A stretch of 64,000 bases of DNA from Kudoa neothunni (lineage: Eukaryota > Animalia > Cnidaria): the NCBI GenBank assembly GCA_964304625.1, contig OZ199838.1, positions 5,111,487 to 5,175,486 of the forward strand. Direction: 5' to 3'. Each line of letters opens with the position of its first letter. Positions within the stretch are counted from its first letter, which is position 1. The notes below the pieces were generated by a model, which did no database searches, was not told the DNA's origin, and saw only the letters and a list, made by a program, of their open reading frames with translations. Position numbers and translations under genes: made by a program. Positions 13,750-25,560 of this stretch are shown here, one piece after another.

Positions 13750-14153
13750 CATTTAGAATTGTGCATTTGATTTTTATCGCCATCTTTTGAAACTTTCGTA
13801 ATGCCACGCACAAAGTTGCATTAAAATGCTTTAATCATTTTCATAAACAATTACGTTATTAGAACTATCTTGAATGGTCCAGGATATGCCAGAACATTAG
13901 ATGGAATATATAATCTCACTGGGAGCTAATAATGTCTCGTGAACATTATTAAAAAGTCTTTGCTTTGAGCGGATTGAGTAGTAGTAACACGTTTCTGTAA
14001 CGGAGGTAGAAAACCTGAGATCATAAAGCATTTGGTATACATAAAGGAAGTGTTTATTGGCATGTTACATAATATTCGCGTATCATTAGTTTTGATTATA
14101 TTTAATTATTTCAGGTCCCCAAAAGCAAAAGAATGAACCAGAAATAATTAAAA

Positions 14154-15645
14154 CAATGTTTCCCTAAAAATTTTACACCCGTACCCCCATCCTAATTTCC
14201 GCTTTCACTTCGCACCCCTCCTCCATGTGAATGTCGAGCCTCAATTATATTTTTATTTAAATGCAACAAAAATAATACCAATGAAAAATGTCTTAAAATT
14301 AAAATTTTTATTATTTTAGTTTATATTTTAACTTCAAATTTTCCCGTTTACTTCTAAAATAAATGAAAACCAAAATGTTTTGGTTAACTCAATTTGCTAC
14401 GTATAATTGAAAAAGGATGAACATTATTTTTTCATTCCTCATAACTTAACACTCATTGATGAGAGTTATTATTCATTCCTGCTTTTATATACCATTTTTA
14501 TGTAGAGTAATGAATAATTCTAATAAATCATGTTATAATAATTATTCCAAAATATTAAACGTAAAAAATGAATATAAAGGTAATACTAAACTATAAAAAG
14601 TATGGTCATTTAAGTAGTTCTGTACTTAAAGGTGAGAGTTAAATGAGACAAATAAAAATAGCCAATTCGTATAGTTCACAACAAACATTATTTCAAAATC
14701 AATTGTAAGTTAGTATTTATTTGATCTGGCGGTTCTCGTGCTCTCGCTGGGTATTCATAAGTAATTCAAAACAGGACATTTTGTTGGACTATGAAACATG
14801 AAAATCGTTTCCGGTGCTTAATGAATTCCAATACTTATTATTTGTATATAATGAAGTCGATAAGCTTGTTTCATATGCTATCTTGTGTTGAATAAATCTA
14901 GCGACTTCCTTATTCTGGATTGAGTCATATGTTAGCTTAAATGTTGAGGCAGCGGGTTAATAAAAATATGCCTTCTAAATATACTTGAATAAAATAACTA
15001 ATACATATTGTTAAAATTGTCATTCATTTATTTATGTGTATAAATGAAGGTTTTGATCCTTGTTTTATATATACTTTAAAGAACAATTTAACTTATATTT
15101 ATATCAGAGGCAAGGTAAAAATTTGAAAGTAAAATTTGAAATGTAACGTAATAAAAACTATGGAATTAAATGATGGATGTCAAATTTTGACAGAAGACAA
15201 AGTGAAAACTACATCGTGGTTTTATTTTTATGGATATAGATTATTTCCAAGCAGATAAAAATGTTGACAACCTAATTACAGCTTAAGCATATAAATATGT
15301 TATTTTGAAAGATAACAAAGTTACAATTTTACAGGAAAATAGCGATAGTTAGATTTTTTGAGCTGAACAAGCTTAATATAAACCATTACCTTACTGCGTT
15401 ATTTCGTAGAATCAAACAGAATAAATCATAAATTAAATAAATTATCAAATTCCATTTTTGAATCGAAACTGATTGATATCAAAACAACCAGAAATATTAT
15501 TGTACGTATTACGTCCTTACATGATTTAAAGGGGGACTAACGAAAATTACAAAGTGAATAAATTAAGATTAATTTTTTAATTTATTCTTGAATGACTCCC
15601 ACACCCCTAATGATGGCTCTTCACACCCCCTGTAGGGAAACCATG
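14154..15645 (+). mobile_element. Decayed hAT (Buster-like) element
   Basis: TIRs CAATGTTTCCCTA / TAGGGAAACCATG (11/13), 8-bp TSD AATTAAAA/AATTAAAT with central TA, and subterminal CACCCC motifs. Confidence 0.7.
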
Positions 15646-16220
15646 AATTAAATGTAGCATCCTCTGAAAAATTAAATTTTCAAAGAGCTTATGAGTTAGA
15701 GTTCCTGGGATTAAAAAATCCCATCGCGCGTGCGTATATGTAATTTAAGATTAGAACTTACCATGTCAATAACCTCAATCTATTTTATTTTTTGTCGGTT
15801 ATTTAATAGAATTACATAACTAGACTAGCCTTGGAAGATAATATGACTTAAAAATTCTTCTTCTTTTAATATAAATCCAAAAATTTTAATAAAATTGATG
15901 GCGCAAGAATAATAATGACGATTCGTTATCGGACACTCACTAATTTTTCGTTTATCTTTCAAGACCTTAATCAAAAAGTTAATTTTTTGAGTAAAAGTTA
16001 GAGATTACCAGGTATACACATCACTTAAGTTTGAATCCATACTAGCCAAAAGACGGTATTTTGTTTATTATCCAATGACGAAAAAGACTTTCTTTGTATA
16101 TGTGAGGTTTATGACCTATTATAACATTGCAGAAGAGTAATTTTGAGAATTAATAACACAAGAGAATTTATACAAATTTATTAAATAAAACTTCGTATAA
16201 TCAATAAATACAGTAAGTGA

Positions 16221-16607
16221 TCACTCGTCATAACCCCCACAAGGATTGAAAATGTGCGAACAACTGGTCAGGGCAAATTTTTCGCACTTTGGCGCGTGCC
16301 CCTGTATAATATTTTATCATAAAATCAATATGACAACTCACTTGATTGATACAACTTTCATTATTTTGGTTTGAATAGTTAATAATTTCTTATTTTTTCT
16401 ATTTTTCAAATACAGTTCAATCTCGAATAAAATAATTATTTCGTTTTTTCTAATTAGGATACCGTGCAAATTTGAAATAATGGATAACTTAAAGTGGAGA
16501 ACAGTAGTAGTTGTGGCATCCCTCTATGTCAAAGGATCAAAATACATGATTATTTAATGTTTTTCTTATATATTTCTGTAACTATACAATTTTTTTCATT
16601 GCTCATT
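16221..16607 (-). CDS. Putative tiny spliced gene (reading frame ambiguous)
   Basis: Textbook 40-nt intron GTGAGT...TATACAG at 16341-16302, a 47-nt exon, and further GT-AG introns upstream. One frame ends ...SCINQGHAPKCEKFALTSCSHIFNPCGGYDE*. Confidence 0.35.
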
Positions 16608-16898
16608 TTTCGGTAATTACGAAAAACACGTACAAAATAGTTAAAATTAATTAATATTAAAAAAATTTTAATTCATTTGATGAATTCTATTATAAAATAA
16701 TATTATGTATCTTTTTAGCAAAATTAATGAAGCATAAATATTCTTTTTGTTAAAAGTACGAACGAGTCGTCACTACGAAAAACTAGTCACCCATTGTATA
16801 ATGGTTTTTTCCTTTGCGCGGATGTTACAAAAACAACTACATTATTTCATTTGTGGATATTATTATAATCTAAGTTTATATATTCGGATAAGTAATTT

Positions 16899-19800
16899 TT
16901 AAATGTATTCTATATCATATTGATCTTCCTTTTTTCGATAAATACAGTAGAATACAACTCCACCGAGACCAAGGACAATAGCTGCCGCCATGGACACGGC
17001 TCTAATAAAAAAACTTAGAACACTTAAAAACATTGATATACATTATAATTATTTTTTTCCTAAAAAATATTAAAACACTAGACAACATTCATACTACTTT
17101 CCATGCAGGATGTGTCCGACTAACAAAATTTAGATAATTTACAATAAAAAGTTAATGTACCATTTTTGACGTTGAGGGCTTTTTTAGTTTCTTTATCCCC
17201 TACGACGTTAACAATCAATCTATAATCATTATTCCGTTCAACATCTCGAATAACGAATTCCGAGCATAAAGGTAGAGATTGGCAATCAGCCGCATGTTGT
17301 AACGTGCATTCCTTTATGACCCTAGTTGGTGTATTTGTATCTTTCAATATCCATTCACATTTCTTATTTTCGATATCTTCTCCCTCTAGATAGGATGTAA
17401 CTTTGATACGTTTATCGCTCCACTTTGCATTCACATTAACGATTTTTGTTGTACTCGCTCTTAGCAACATTTACTAAATAATCAAATGAATTCATATTAC
17501 TCAGGCAGTAAAACGTCTCTGGTAATCGTGAGTTTATAAGCCGTAGTTAAATCTTTATCTAAGTATACGGTAAGCGAATAATGATTGGTTCTATCGACGC
17601 TTTCGATGACAAAACTAGAGCAAAGGGATTGACAATCATCATCGGCTGTTATACATTCACTTGATACATTGATTGACAAATCATTATTTTCCAATATCCA
17701 TGAGCATCGCTGGTCAATGATTTTTTCCGTATTTGGTGTGGGTTCCATTATTACTTGGACTTGGATGCCAGACGGAACCCACGCTGCAGCCACATCAGAT
17801 ATTCTCAACTCTTGAGAGCTTAAGGTCATTTAATTTAAAATCATACAAACTAATATTACACTGGCGGAAGTTCAACTAAAAATATTTAGTAAATTTTTTA
17901 CAGCATCCTCATACCTCGATCAATCTTAGCGATGCCATAGTACAATGTATCGATATTACGGTAAAGTATAACTTGGTAGTCGTAATTGTTTGGCACGTTT
18001 GGAATAGAGAATTTTGAGCATGTGGGGAGATGTACACATTCGATGTGCCCCCCGAACAAACATTCTCTTTTGGAAACGACCAAAGTTTGTTGTATGCGCT
18101 GAAGTTCCCACTTACATAATTCCTTTTCATCCATGTCGTTCGGGAGTGAAGAGACAGCGTTCAAAGATGTTTTATCACGTTTCAATGTGATGTTAATTTT
18201 GTTTAGTCGGTTAAAATCATCGATAGTACCCAATTCTAATTAAAATCCGAATTAATTAATAGTAGAGAAGACGAAAGAATAGTATATTTTATAAATTATC
18301 ATTATGTTAAATCAACATCAATAAAATTAACTCCACAACTCGAAATTCATAACATCATTACGTATAATAATGAATACTTGTTTGAACAATAATTTTTTTA
18401 GAACCATAATTCTCATGTGTTACAACTATAATATTATAACGAGTACCAGGGATAAGGTTAGAAATTTGTTTTTCATCGTTACAAAACCCTAAGCAAGGCG
18501 AGGTATCCAAGCATATTGCAGCAGAGTATATATCTTTTTCATATCGACTTATGAGGAAGGAACAAGTAACAGATTCTACAGTATCTGCTTTCAATGATAT
18601 GCTTGTTAATTTTGAACTGATGGTAAACTGTGGGAACGCGTAACCATCTTTTTTCCCTTAAGATATTTTGCTGATAAAAATTTCATTGAAATAGTACCTG
18701 TTCTAATGAATATGGATTCAAAATGATTTTCACTCTCTATAACCACTTGGATGAATAGTGTAATTGGTCTACCAGCTGGAAGATTGCCTATATTCCATGA
18801 ACTCGTGCATTTAGGCTCACACGGGTCCTGTTGGCATTCGCAATCAAATAATGTCAATGGTTTTGGTTTATCTGCCAGATAATATTGACATTTACAGTTG
18901 ATGTCAACACCAAGAGGCACATTTTGTGGTTTGAATAGCTTGGTATTAATACTCAGCCTCGAATTATCGACAATTTGTAAAAGTTCCTCGTTTGAGGAGT
19001 ATTCCTCATTGAACACTAACAAATGTTCATAAAACGCACCTAAAAATGTTACTTTTACCAAACTTTTTCTGTCTGTATCCCTCCAGTAAATTTGGATTTG
19101 GGACAGTCACACTGTGTTGTCTTGTTTGAATAAGGATTTCAGCATATGTATAGCTTTCATTGTCAATCAACTCAACATACTTACAAGGAGCATAACAGTC
19201 GAGGGACGGCGCACCACATTGTGATCTAAATGGATGGTTATTTCCATAAGTCCCAGGTTTAACGTATTTTCTAATGCTAAAACGACAAATTTCTGATGGG
19301 AATTTATTAGTGAATTTGAGCATATATTTGTTTTGTTCACTGGTGTATTTATAGGATATGTAATATTGTAGTTGATAAGCATCTATCTTGTTTTGTTTCT
19401 TATTTTTGGTTGGCATGTGAAAAAAGAAATCAGGTCTGTATGCACACTTAATTATATAATATGGAATCATTTTAATGTATTCAAAAGTAAATCGTGCCAC
19501 ATCTTGAATACAGTTGCTTGCAGCAGGAATAACTTTGTATCTGATGTCGTTATAATAATGGACAAAGCATTGTCTTTGGTCACAGGTAGATACTTCGATT
19601 AAATAGCCTTCTATATTTGCACTCATATTTATATCTGGACGAATTAATGGTTCTAAAGGAATTAAAAACAAAAAAGTATCTAGTATATAAAAATACGAAT
19701 GGGGAATCCGTAAATATTTGTTTCAGCTACAGGGTATACCTCTTGACTTTCCAAGTTATTTAACACCTTAACAGTAACGTATTTTGTTTCAGAAGGTAGT

Positions 19801-20133
19801 TTTCTCAAAGTATATTTAAACTGGCCACTATTACATGGCTTGGCACAAGCACTTCCTTCACAGCCATGTATGTTTTTAAATACATCTTTGTTGCGGCCCA
19901 ATTTTTTCACGATGCATTTGGTACCAGGTTTGTAGCTGAGGCCAGTTAAATTCAAGTAAATTTTTCGGAATTGATCAAGCTTTAAAGTCTGGTATGTGAG
20001 AATATTTACGGAATTATTACTCTCATTTTGGTTGTAAACACATTCCACTAAAAATGCCAGATAGAAAAAAGACTAAAAATAAGTTACCAATAAAGTAAAT
20101 CCCCACGATCTTCAGCCAATTGATTTTAGGCAT
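16899..20133 (-). CDS. Orphan type I membrane protein, ~894 aa, eight Cys-rich FN3-like repeats; 12 exons
   Basis: Seven ORF-track fragments join in one frame through GT-AG introns 20087-20048, 19696-19653, 19058-19016, 18697-18657, 18377-18236, 17914-17876, 17859-17819, 17500-17460, 17160-17120, 17097-17060 and 17041-17002. Signal-like N-terminus MPKINWLKIVGIYFIVEC, TM IIIIAVSMAAAIVLGLGGVVFYCIY, tail RKKEDQYDIEYI*. Confidence 0.82.
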
Positions 20134-22208
20134 TTTTACCGGCGAAACTAGCTTTTCTAAATAATATACTTTTAAATGTAATCAAATAAAGATGTTATAA
20201 TTGATATTCTTAATCGGATATACCGTAATCTGAATTTTGCTCTTAATTATCTTACATTTTAATTCTGTTTGACAGTTTCTATACAAACAAATAAATAAAA
20301 AATTCTGTCAAATTAACATCTTGTTCATTATAGTTACTGTTAAATGAATAGAATCGTTTTAAAAACTATTTCCCAAGGTAATTTATATTATGGGCTCTAA
20401 ACATCTATCGTATGTAATTATTATAACAAGGAATATTTCACATATTATGATAGAATTTGAATTTTTTCAATAGTATTTATTAAAAAGGAATATATAATTT
20501 CCTCTCAATAATTAAATATAGCCGATGATAATATTTATTCGTATATTATTTTAAAATTCACAGATTTAAAAATTATATCTAAAATCGGAACTGTAATTTT
20601 TAAAGATTTTAAATGTTGGATCCATCTGAAAATAAATATTGTCATGTATTCAAAAATCACCCTAAAATGATGTTTAGCATCAGACATATTAATCACAAAA
20701 TGATCTATTATTATCTATCCGCTCTCTTTGTGGAATCGCCTACCGCGATTATTATTATCTAATCATTGGGTTATATCTTATAACTCGCATTCATATAATT
20801 TCCGTAGGATAATACGTATCTGCTAGAAATAAGTTCTTGGAGTGTATTTTAATGGACATGCTTATTGATATTTTTAATGGAGACTAAAAATATAATGTTG
20901 GAAAGCTGAAAATTAAGTCAATAAGACTTTAAATAGAACGATTAAAAAAATGTTTAATATTAGAGGTTATTAATTTTTTCCGATCTTAGGAATCTTCACG
21001 AATATTTAAATGAATGATAACGACAGTAATACCCTGAGCTAGACGTCAAAGTTTAAAGTCATGCTTGAAAACGATCCTACACCTTAGAATATTTAATAAT
21101 ACCAAACAAATATTTATATTACAGTAAAATAACAAAATCGGCGCTTTTTATTTTTAAATCTAAGGCAGAGTTAATTTTATATGAAGATCAACACTAAAAT
21201 TGTCGATCTGATAGGTTGTTTCGACAATTAGATCGAAAAACAAACAAACAAACTTTAAAGAAGAATTAATAGATACATAGATAAGCTACTAGAATTTTTC
21301 ACCACGTGCAAGCATAATAGATTTCTCTCGGATAGGAGGATAGAGACTAATTGCATGGTAAATTTTAAGTCAGTTACACCTTATCGTATGCAAAGGGGTG
21401 CGAGTCAAATTTTAGTTGGGAAGCGCTGCCCTAAAAAGCACTTACGCATGCGCAATATAATTTTCTATTTCGCAACTTTTGCTCACAAAGCTGCCGATAG
21501 ATTTAATTTTTTATAATTCTCTATGCTTAATTACTTCTGGCCCCCAAGAGCGAATCGGTGGATCAGAATTTAATATAGTCTAAATCAGGGGTGGGCAAAT
21601 GACAACCTGCGAATTCTTTCATTTCGAGTATCAGCAAAATTTTACCTTACTCAATATTCATTATGTATTTTATTCCCATTGCGTAAAAACATTCTCTCAG
21701 ATGATGCCATCTATTCGACTTGAAATGAATCTATTAATCACTTCATATCCATGTAATCCAGTTACTAAATTCTTTAATTTTAAAAATATGAATATTTTGA
21801 AATCAGTTAGTTATTCAGATTAAAAATAAACAGTAACTATAAGCGTAGAAATCCGAAAATCTTATGAAATTCTTCGTTCAAAAATTTCATAGTCAAGTTG
21901 GGTGGCGAAAGGTTGTTACAGTCAACAAGAGTCATTAGTGGTGCTCCGACGCGACACTAATTACCTTACGTGTATTCCTAGAAACTGTAATTAACCTTCT
22001 TTGTATTGCGCGGAAAAAGATCAGGCGTGTTCCGATGGGGTCCGTGCAGACCCCAGAAGAAAATTATCTTAATGGCCTTTAGTTTATTTGTGCCATGGTT
22101 TAAATAATTTGTAAGATGTTCTGCATAGGAAATTAAATTAGTTATGAAGTTTTAGTAGGCTACAAAACAGGGGCCCATAATGTACCAATACCAGCTATTT
22201 AAAAATAA

Positions 22209-23332
22209 CCCTCTATTGGTATATCTTTTTATACAGTAAACCAATACTTAATAGATTCCAGTTACTTTTCTAATAAAATTTTGTCTTTGGTTTGACGAAA
22301 AAATTTTTTTCGAAAAATTATTGTATAAGTTTTAATTTTTATTTTATCTTGTAGTAGTCTTTGGGGTAAAATTTACCCCATGTTTTTTTCGATTAAAAAT
22401 ATTTCGAAAAATTAATACTACTCCGAACTTAAATATAATAAAATTATTATGAGTAGTTTTTGTAGAAAGTAGGGAAATGTTAGATAAATTAATTAAATCG
22501 CACGCGCAGATTATATGAAGATGTGTGATTCTAATAATTTCATTGATGAATTTTGTTTATCAGAGAATGAGTATCATATTGTTGACGAAAATGTCTTCTT
22601 ATTGATGTTTCTTGCTTAAAAATTGTTGGAAAAATTGACCATAGAGACTACGTTAGAAATTAGAGATACCACCATGCCTCTAATCATCACCAAATAGAGC
22701 CCGTTTTGGCAGCATTTTGGTATTCCGTGAAAAGTAAATGTTGGTATCTTATGTTCCCAATAAATCAAAATGCGTGATTGTCTTAAAGAAATCGTTGAAC
22801 AATTATACAAAACATTGTTGGCAACAAATTCCACAAACAAAGCAAAAAGGAAGGTCTAATCATTATTTATGTACCCCTAAAGGAACCTTTTCTTAATGCA
22901 AAGCGAGAAACGTATGGATACAGTGAGAGGAAAATGATAACAAATTTAAATGGTGTGAAAATTGTTATAAGTTTTATTGTCAAATTCACGCATTTAAAAA
23001 CTGTTTTAACTTCGCATAAAATTCAAGAATTTTTTTAAATTTTGTTTAATATTTCAACTGGCGCAACACGTTTAATTCCGCTGAATTAACGCAATTACTT
23101 TATTAATGTACATCGATGTGTATCGACATATGACGGATCGTAAACGAAGCCGATTATCTCGTGGATTACGTCAAATTTAATATATATTTGCCAGTGTTTC
23201 ATCTATAATAATTAAAACTTACTGTACAATATTGATAATTAGATTTTTTAAAGTGTTATAATTCAAAAAATGTAGGGTAAAATTTACCCCAAAGTCCATT
23301 ACGCGTTCATCGTTTTTGGGATCATTAGAGGG
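22209..23332. mobile_element. piggyBac-type MITE
   Basis: TIRs CCCTCTATTGGT / ATCATTAGAGGG, flanked by ATAA and TTAA. Inverted GGGGTAAAATTTACCCC palindromes at about 22363 and 23275. Confidence 0.72.
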
Positions 23333-23419
23333 TTAAGAAAGAATTTAATGGTGTAAAAATTAAAACTCAATATATTTCATCCGAAAATAAAGTAGTTTGG
23401 AAAATGAAAACCATTTCAA

Positions 23420-24351
23420 CCCTTACGGGACGGAAGGGGTATTTTGGGAACCCCCAATTATTTTATTTTTCGAAATTTATATTTTCACCTTTTTATCTTC
23501 TCTATATTTTTTCATTTAATCTTTGAATGTCAAATAACCTTTAAATTAAACTAACAACAAAATTTTTCCTTAAGGCTATAAAATAATAGACTATTTTTTC
23601 AAAACCGAACCAATAATATTTGGTGTTTAAAAACCTTTGAATCTCATATTTATTATTTACTTAATTTCAGTTAAAATTTGATTTTTTAATGAATAAAAGG
23701 AATAAGAGTACGACTAAGTTTTCACTTTATTTTCTACCGGAAGAATCCGGTATGCTTGGAGATTATCCTGAGATTATTGTAAGACACGAGCGCTCTAAGA
23801 AGTATATTAATTTTGAAAGTATAGGTCGATTAATATTTAATTTTGTTCCAACTATGGTTTTCTTTTTACATCATCTATTATTTTTATCATAGAATAAAAA
23901 TTATAACAGAAAAGATAGTTGTTTAAAAGGAAGGAAATATTCCTACCTTTTAATACCACTATCGCAAAATGAGATTAACGAAAACTTTCGGAAATCTTTG
24001 CTGTGGCGGTTTTGTCGGTTGTTCCTTTCAGATGCCAAATTCACTTGAAAATCAACCTTGAATTTTCCAATAATTCGTTATATCTTTATACAAGCATAAC
24101 CTATATTTTTGAAGAATTGCTTCTTTATCTCGCTTTTTTCCTTAAAAGTGATTGCTACGAATTGCTTGTATTTTTTCCTAAACGGTTGAATATCTCTACG
24201 TTCTGGGCGGTTACTTTTATTTTAAATTAAGTAACAACCACATAAAACAAATTTTTATCCCTGCGTGCGAATTAAGTTGAAAAACCTTTGGGGTACCTTA
24301 GGTCCCCCCTTCGGCAAGTGCGTAAGTTTTTCAAGTTCCGTCCTCGGAGGG
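23420..24351. mobile_element. piggyBac-type MITE, same family as 39138-39939
   Basis: TIRs CCCTTACGGGACGGAA / TTCCGTCCTCGGAGGG, flanked by TCAA and TTAA. Contains GGGGT..CCCC palindromes and the shared internal GATTATCCWGAGATTAT. Confidence 0.78.
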
Positions 24352-24939
24352 TTAAAAGAGGAAATCGCGAGTCAAATTGATCCGAGTGGACAGCAACAGC
24401 GGCAGCATTATCGCATAAGATCAGAAACAACAATTTAACAATGAGAGGATTAAATTGAATAAAGGTGTCTTCGATCTGATGAGTAATTTAACGTAATTTT
24501 TAAAGTGCAGTAGGCAATCGATTTTTCGTACTTTTTAATTTTTTGTTTCTCGTTTACTCGGAAAGTTTCTGTAAAAGTAAAGATTCAGTATTAAAATATC
24601 ATTAAAATTAAATTAAAAAAAGTTAACAACAAAATAAAAATGATGAAAATACGAAAAATCCATCGTTGCAAATTTTACGTATTTTTTTGAATTTTTCGAG
24701 GGAACTTGAAGGTTTTTCGTAGATTTCAGATGGCACAAAAAAATAAAAAAAGCATACAAATTAAGGAAGAATTTGAATTAAACGAATTTTGGAACACTTG
24801 CCTAATAAGGGAGCGGGGGATGATACTGTTCGATATTTTAAACTTCCTACAATTTCAACATTGGATGGCATTCTTAATAAGGGAGGAGAAATAGTGAAAT
24901 CCCATGAAGGTGGGCTAGCTTCAGTGAAAAAAAATTGAA

Positions 24940-25560
24940 ATATAGTACCGAAAAAAAGCGTGATTCTGAGAAGTTTGAGTGGATTAATTTGATGCGCTCA
25001 AATGATTCTTGTGTGTGAATTCATCAATAACCGACGGTTTAAAGGGTTTTAATGAATATTCAATCTAAAATGGCAAAATTGTCATGTTGATTTTTGTATC
25101 GTTGACAGCGAAACAATTAAAAATGGATTCGAATGTTATTAGATGTAATAAAGGAATGCTCACCCGACTGTGCTTTTAAAATCGACGAAACTGCGCAATA
25201 CTATCAGCAAAACGAGCCAAAATTTTTGTTTGTATATGTTCGCATAGTTTTAGGAAAGAGTTATGTCACAACTAAGGAGAATGCCTATAACCGAATAAAA
25301 AAAGGGAAAAAAAGAATAATAGTCCACTTTGTTGCTTTCATATCTGGTAAGAAACTCAATCCTTTGATTATTTGGCAGATTGCCAAATCGAGATGCTCCA
25401 AAAATGTAAAAAAACCTTTAACTAAAGTGTGAGTGCCGCAAAAAAGCTTGAATGACTGATTATATAGTTATAATATATATAACTTGTCTATATAAATTTT
25501 TCGAATAAATTCCAATAAAATTATTTTATTTTCGGCAATGCAATTTCTAATTTTTACAAC
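24940..25560 (+). pseudogene. Tigger/pogo transposase remnant
   Basis: LLDVIKECSPDCAFKIDETAQYY (cf. Y.P.DIFN.DETGLFY), KKRIIVHF..SGKKLNPLIIWQIAKSRCSKN, and KKA*MT. Frameshifted. Confidence 0.75.

Noticed and set aside
16899-20133. Tandem array of separate small genes, or frameshifting/alternative genetic code
   Set aside because: All breaks are explained by canonical GT-AG introns in the standard code.
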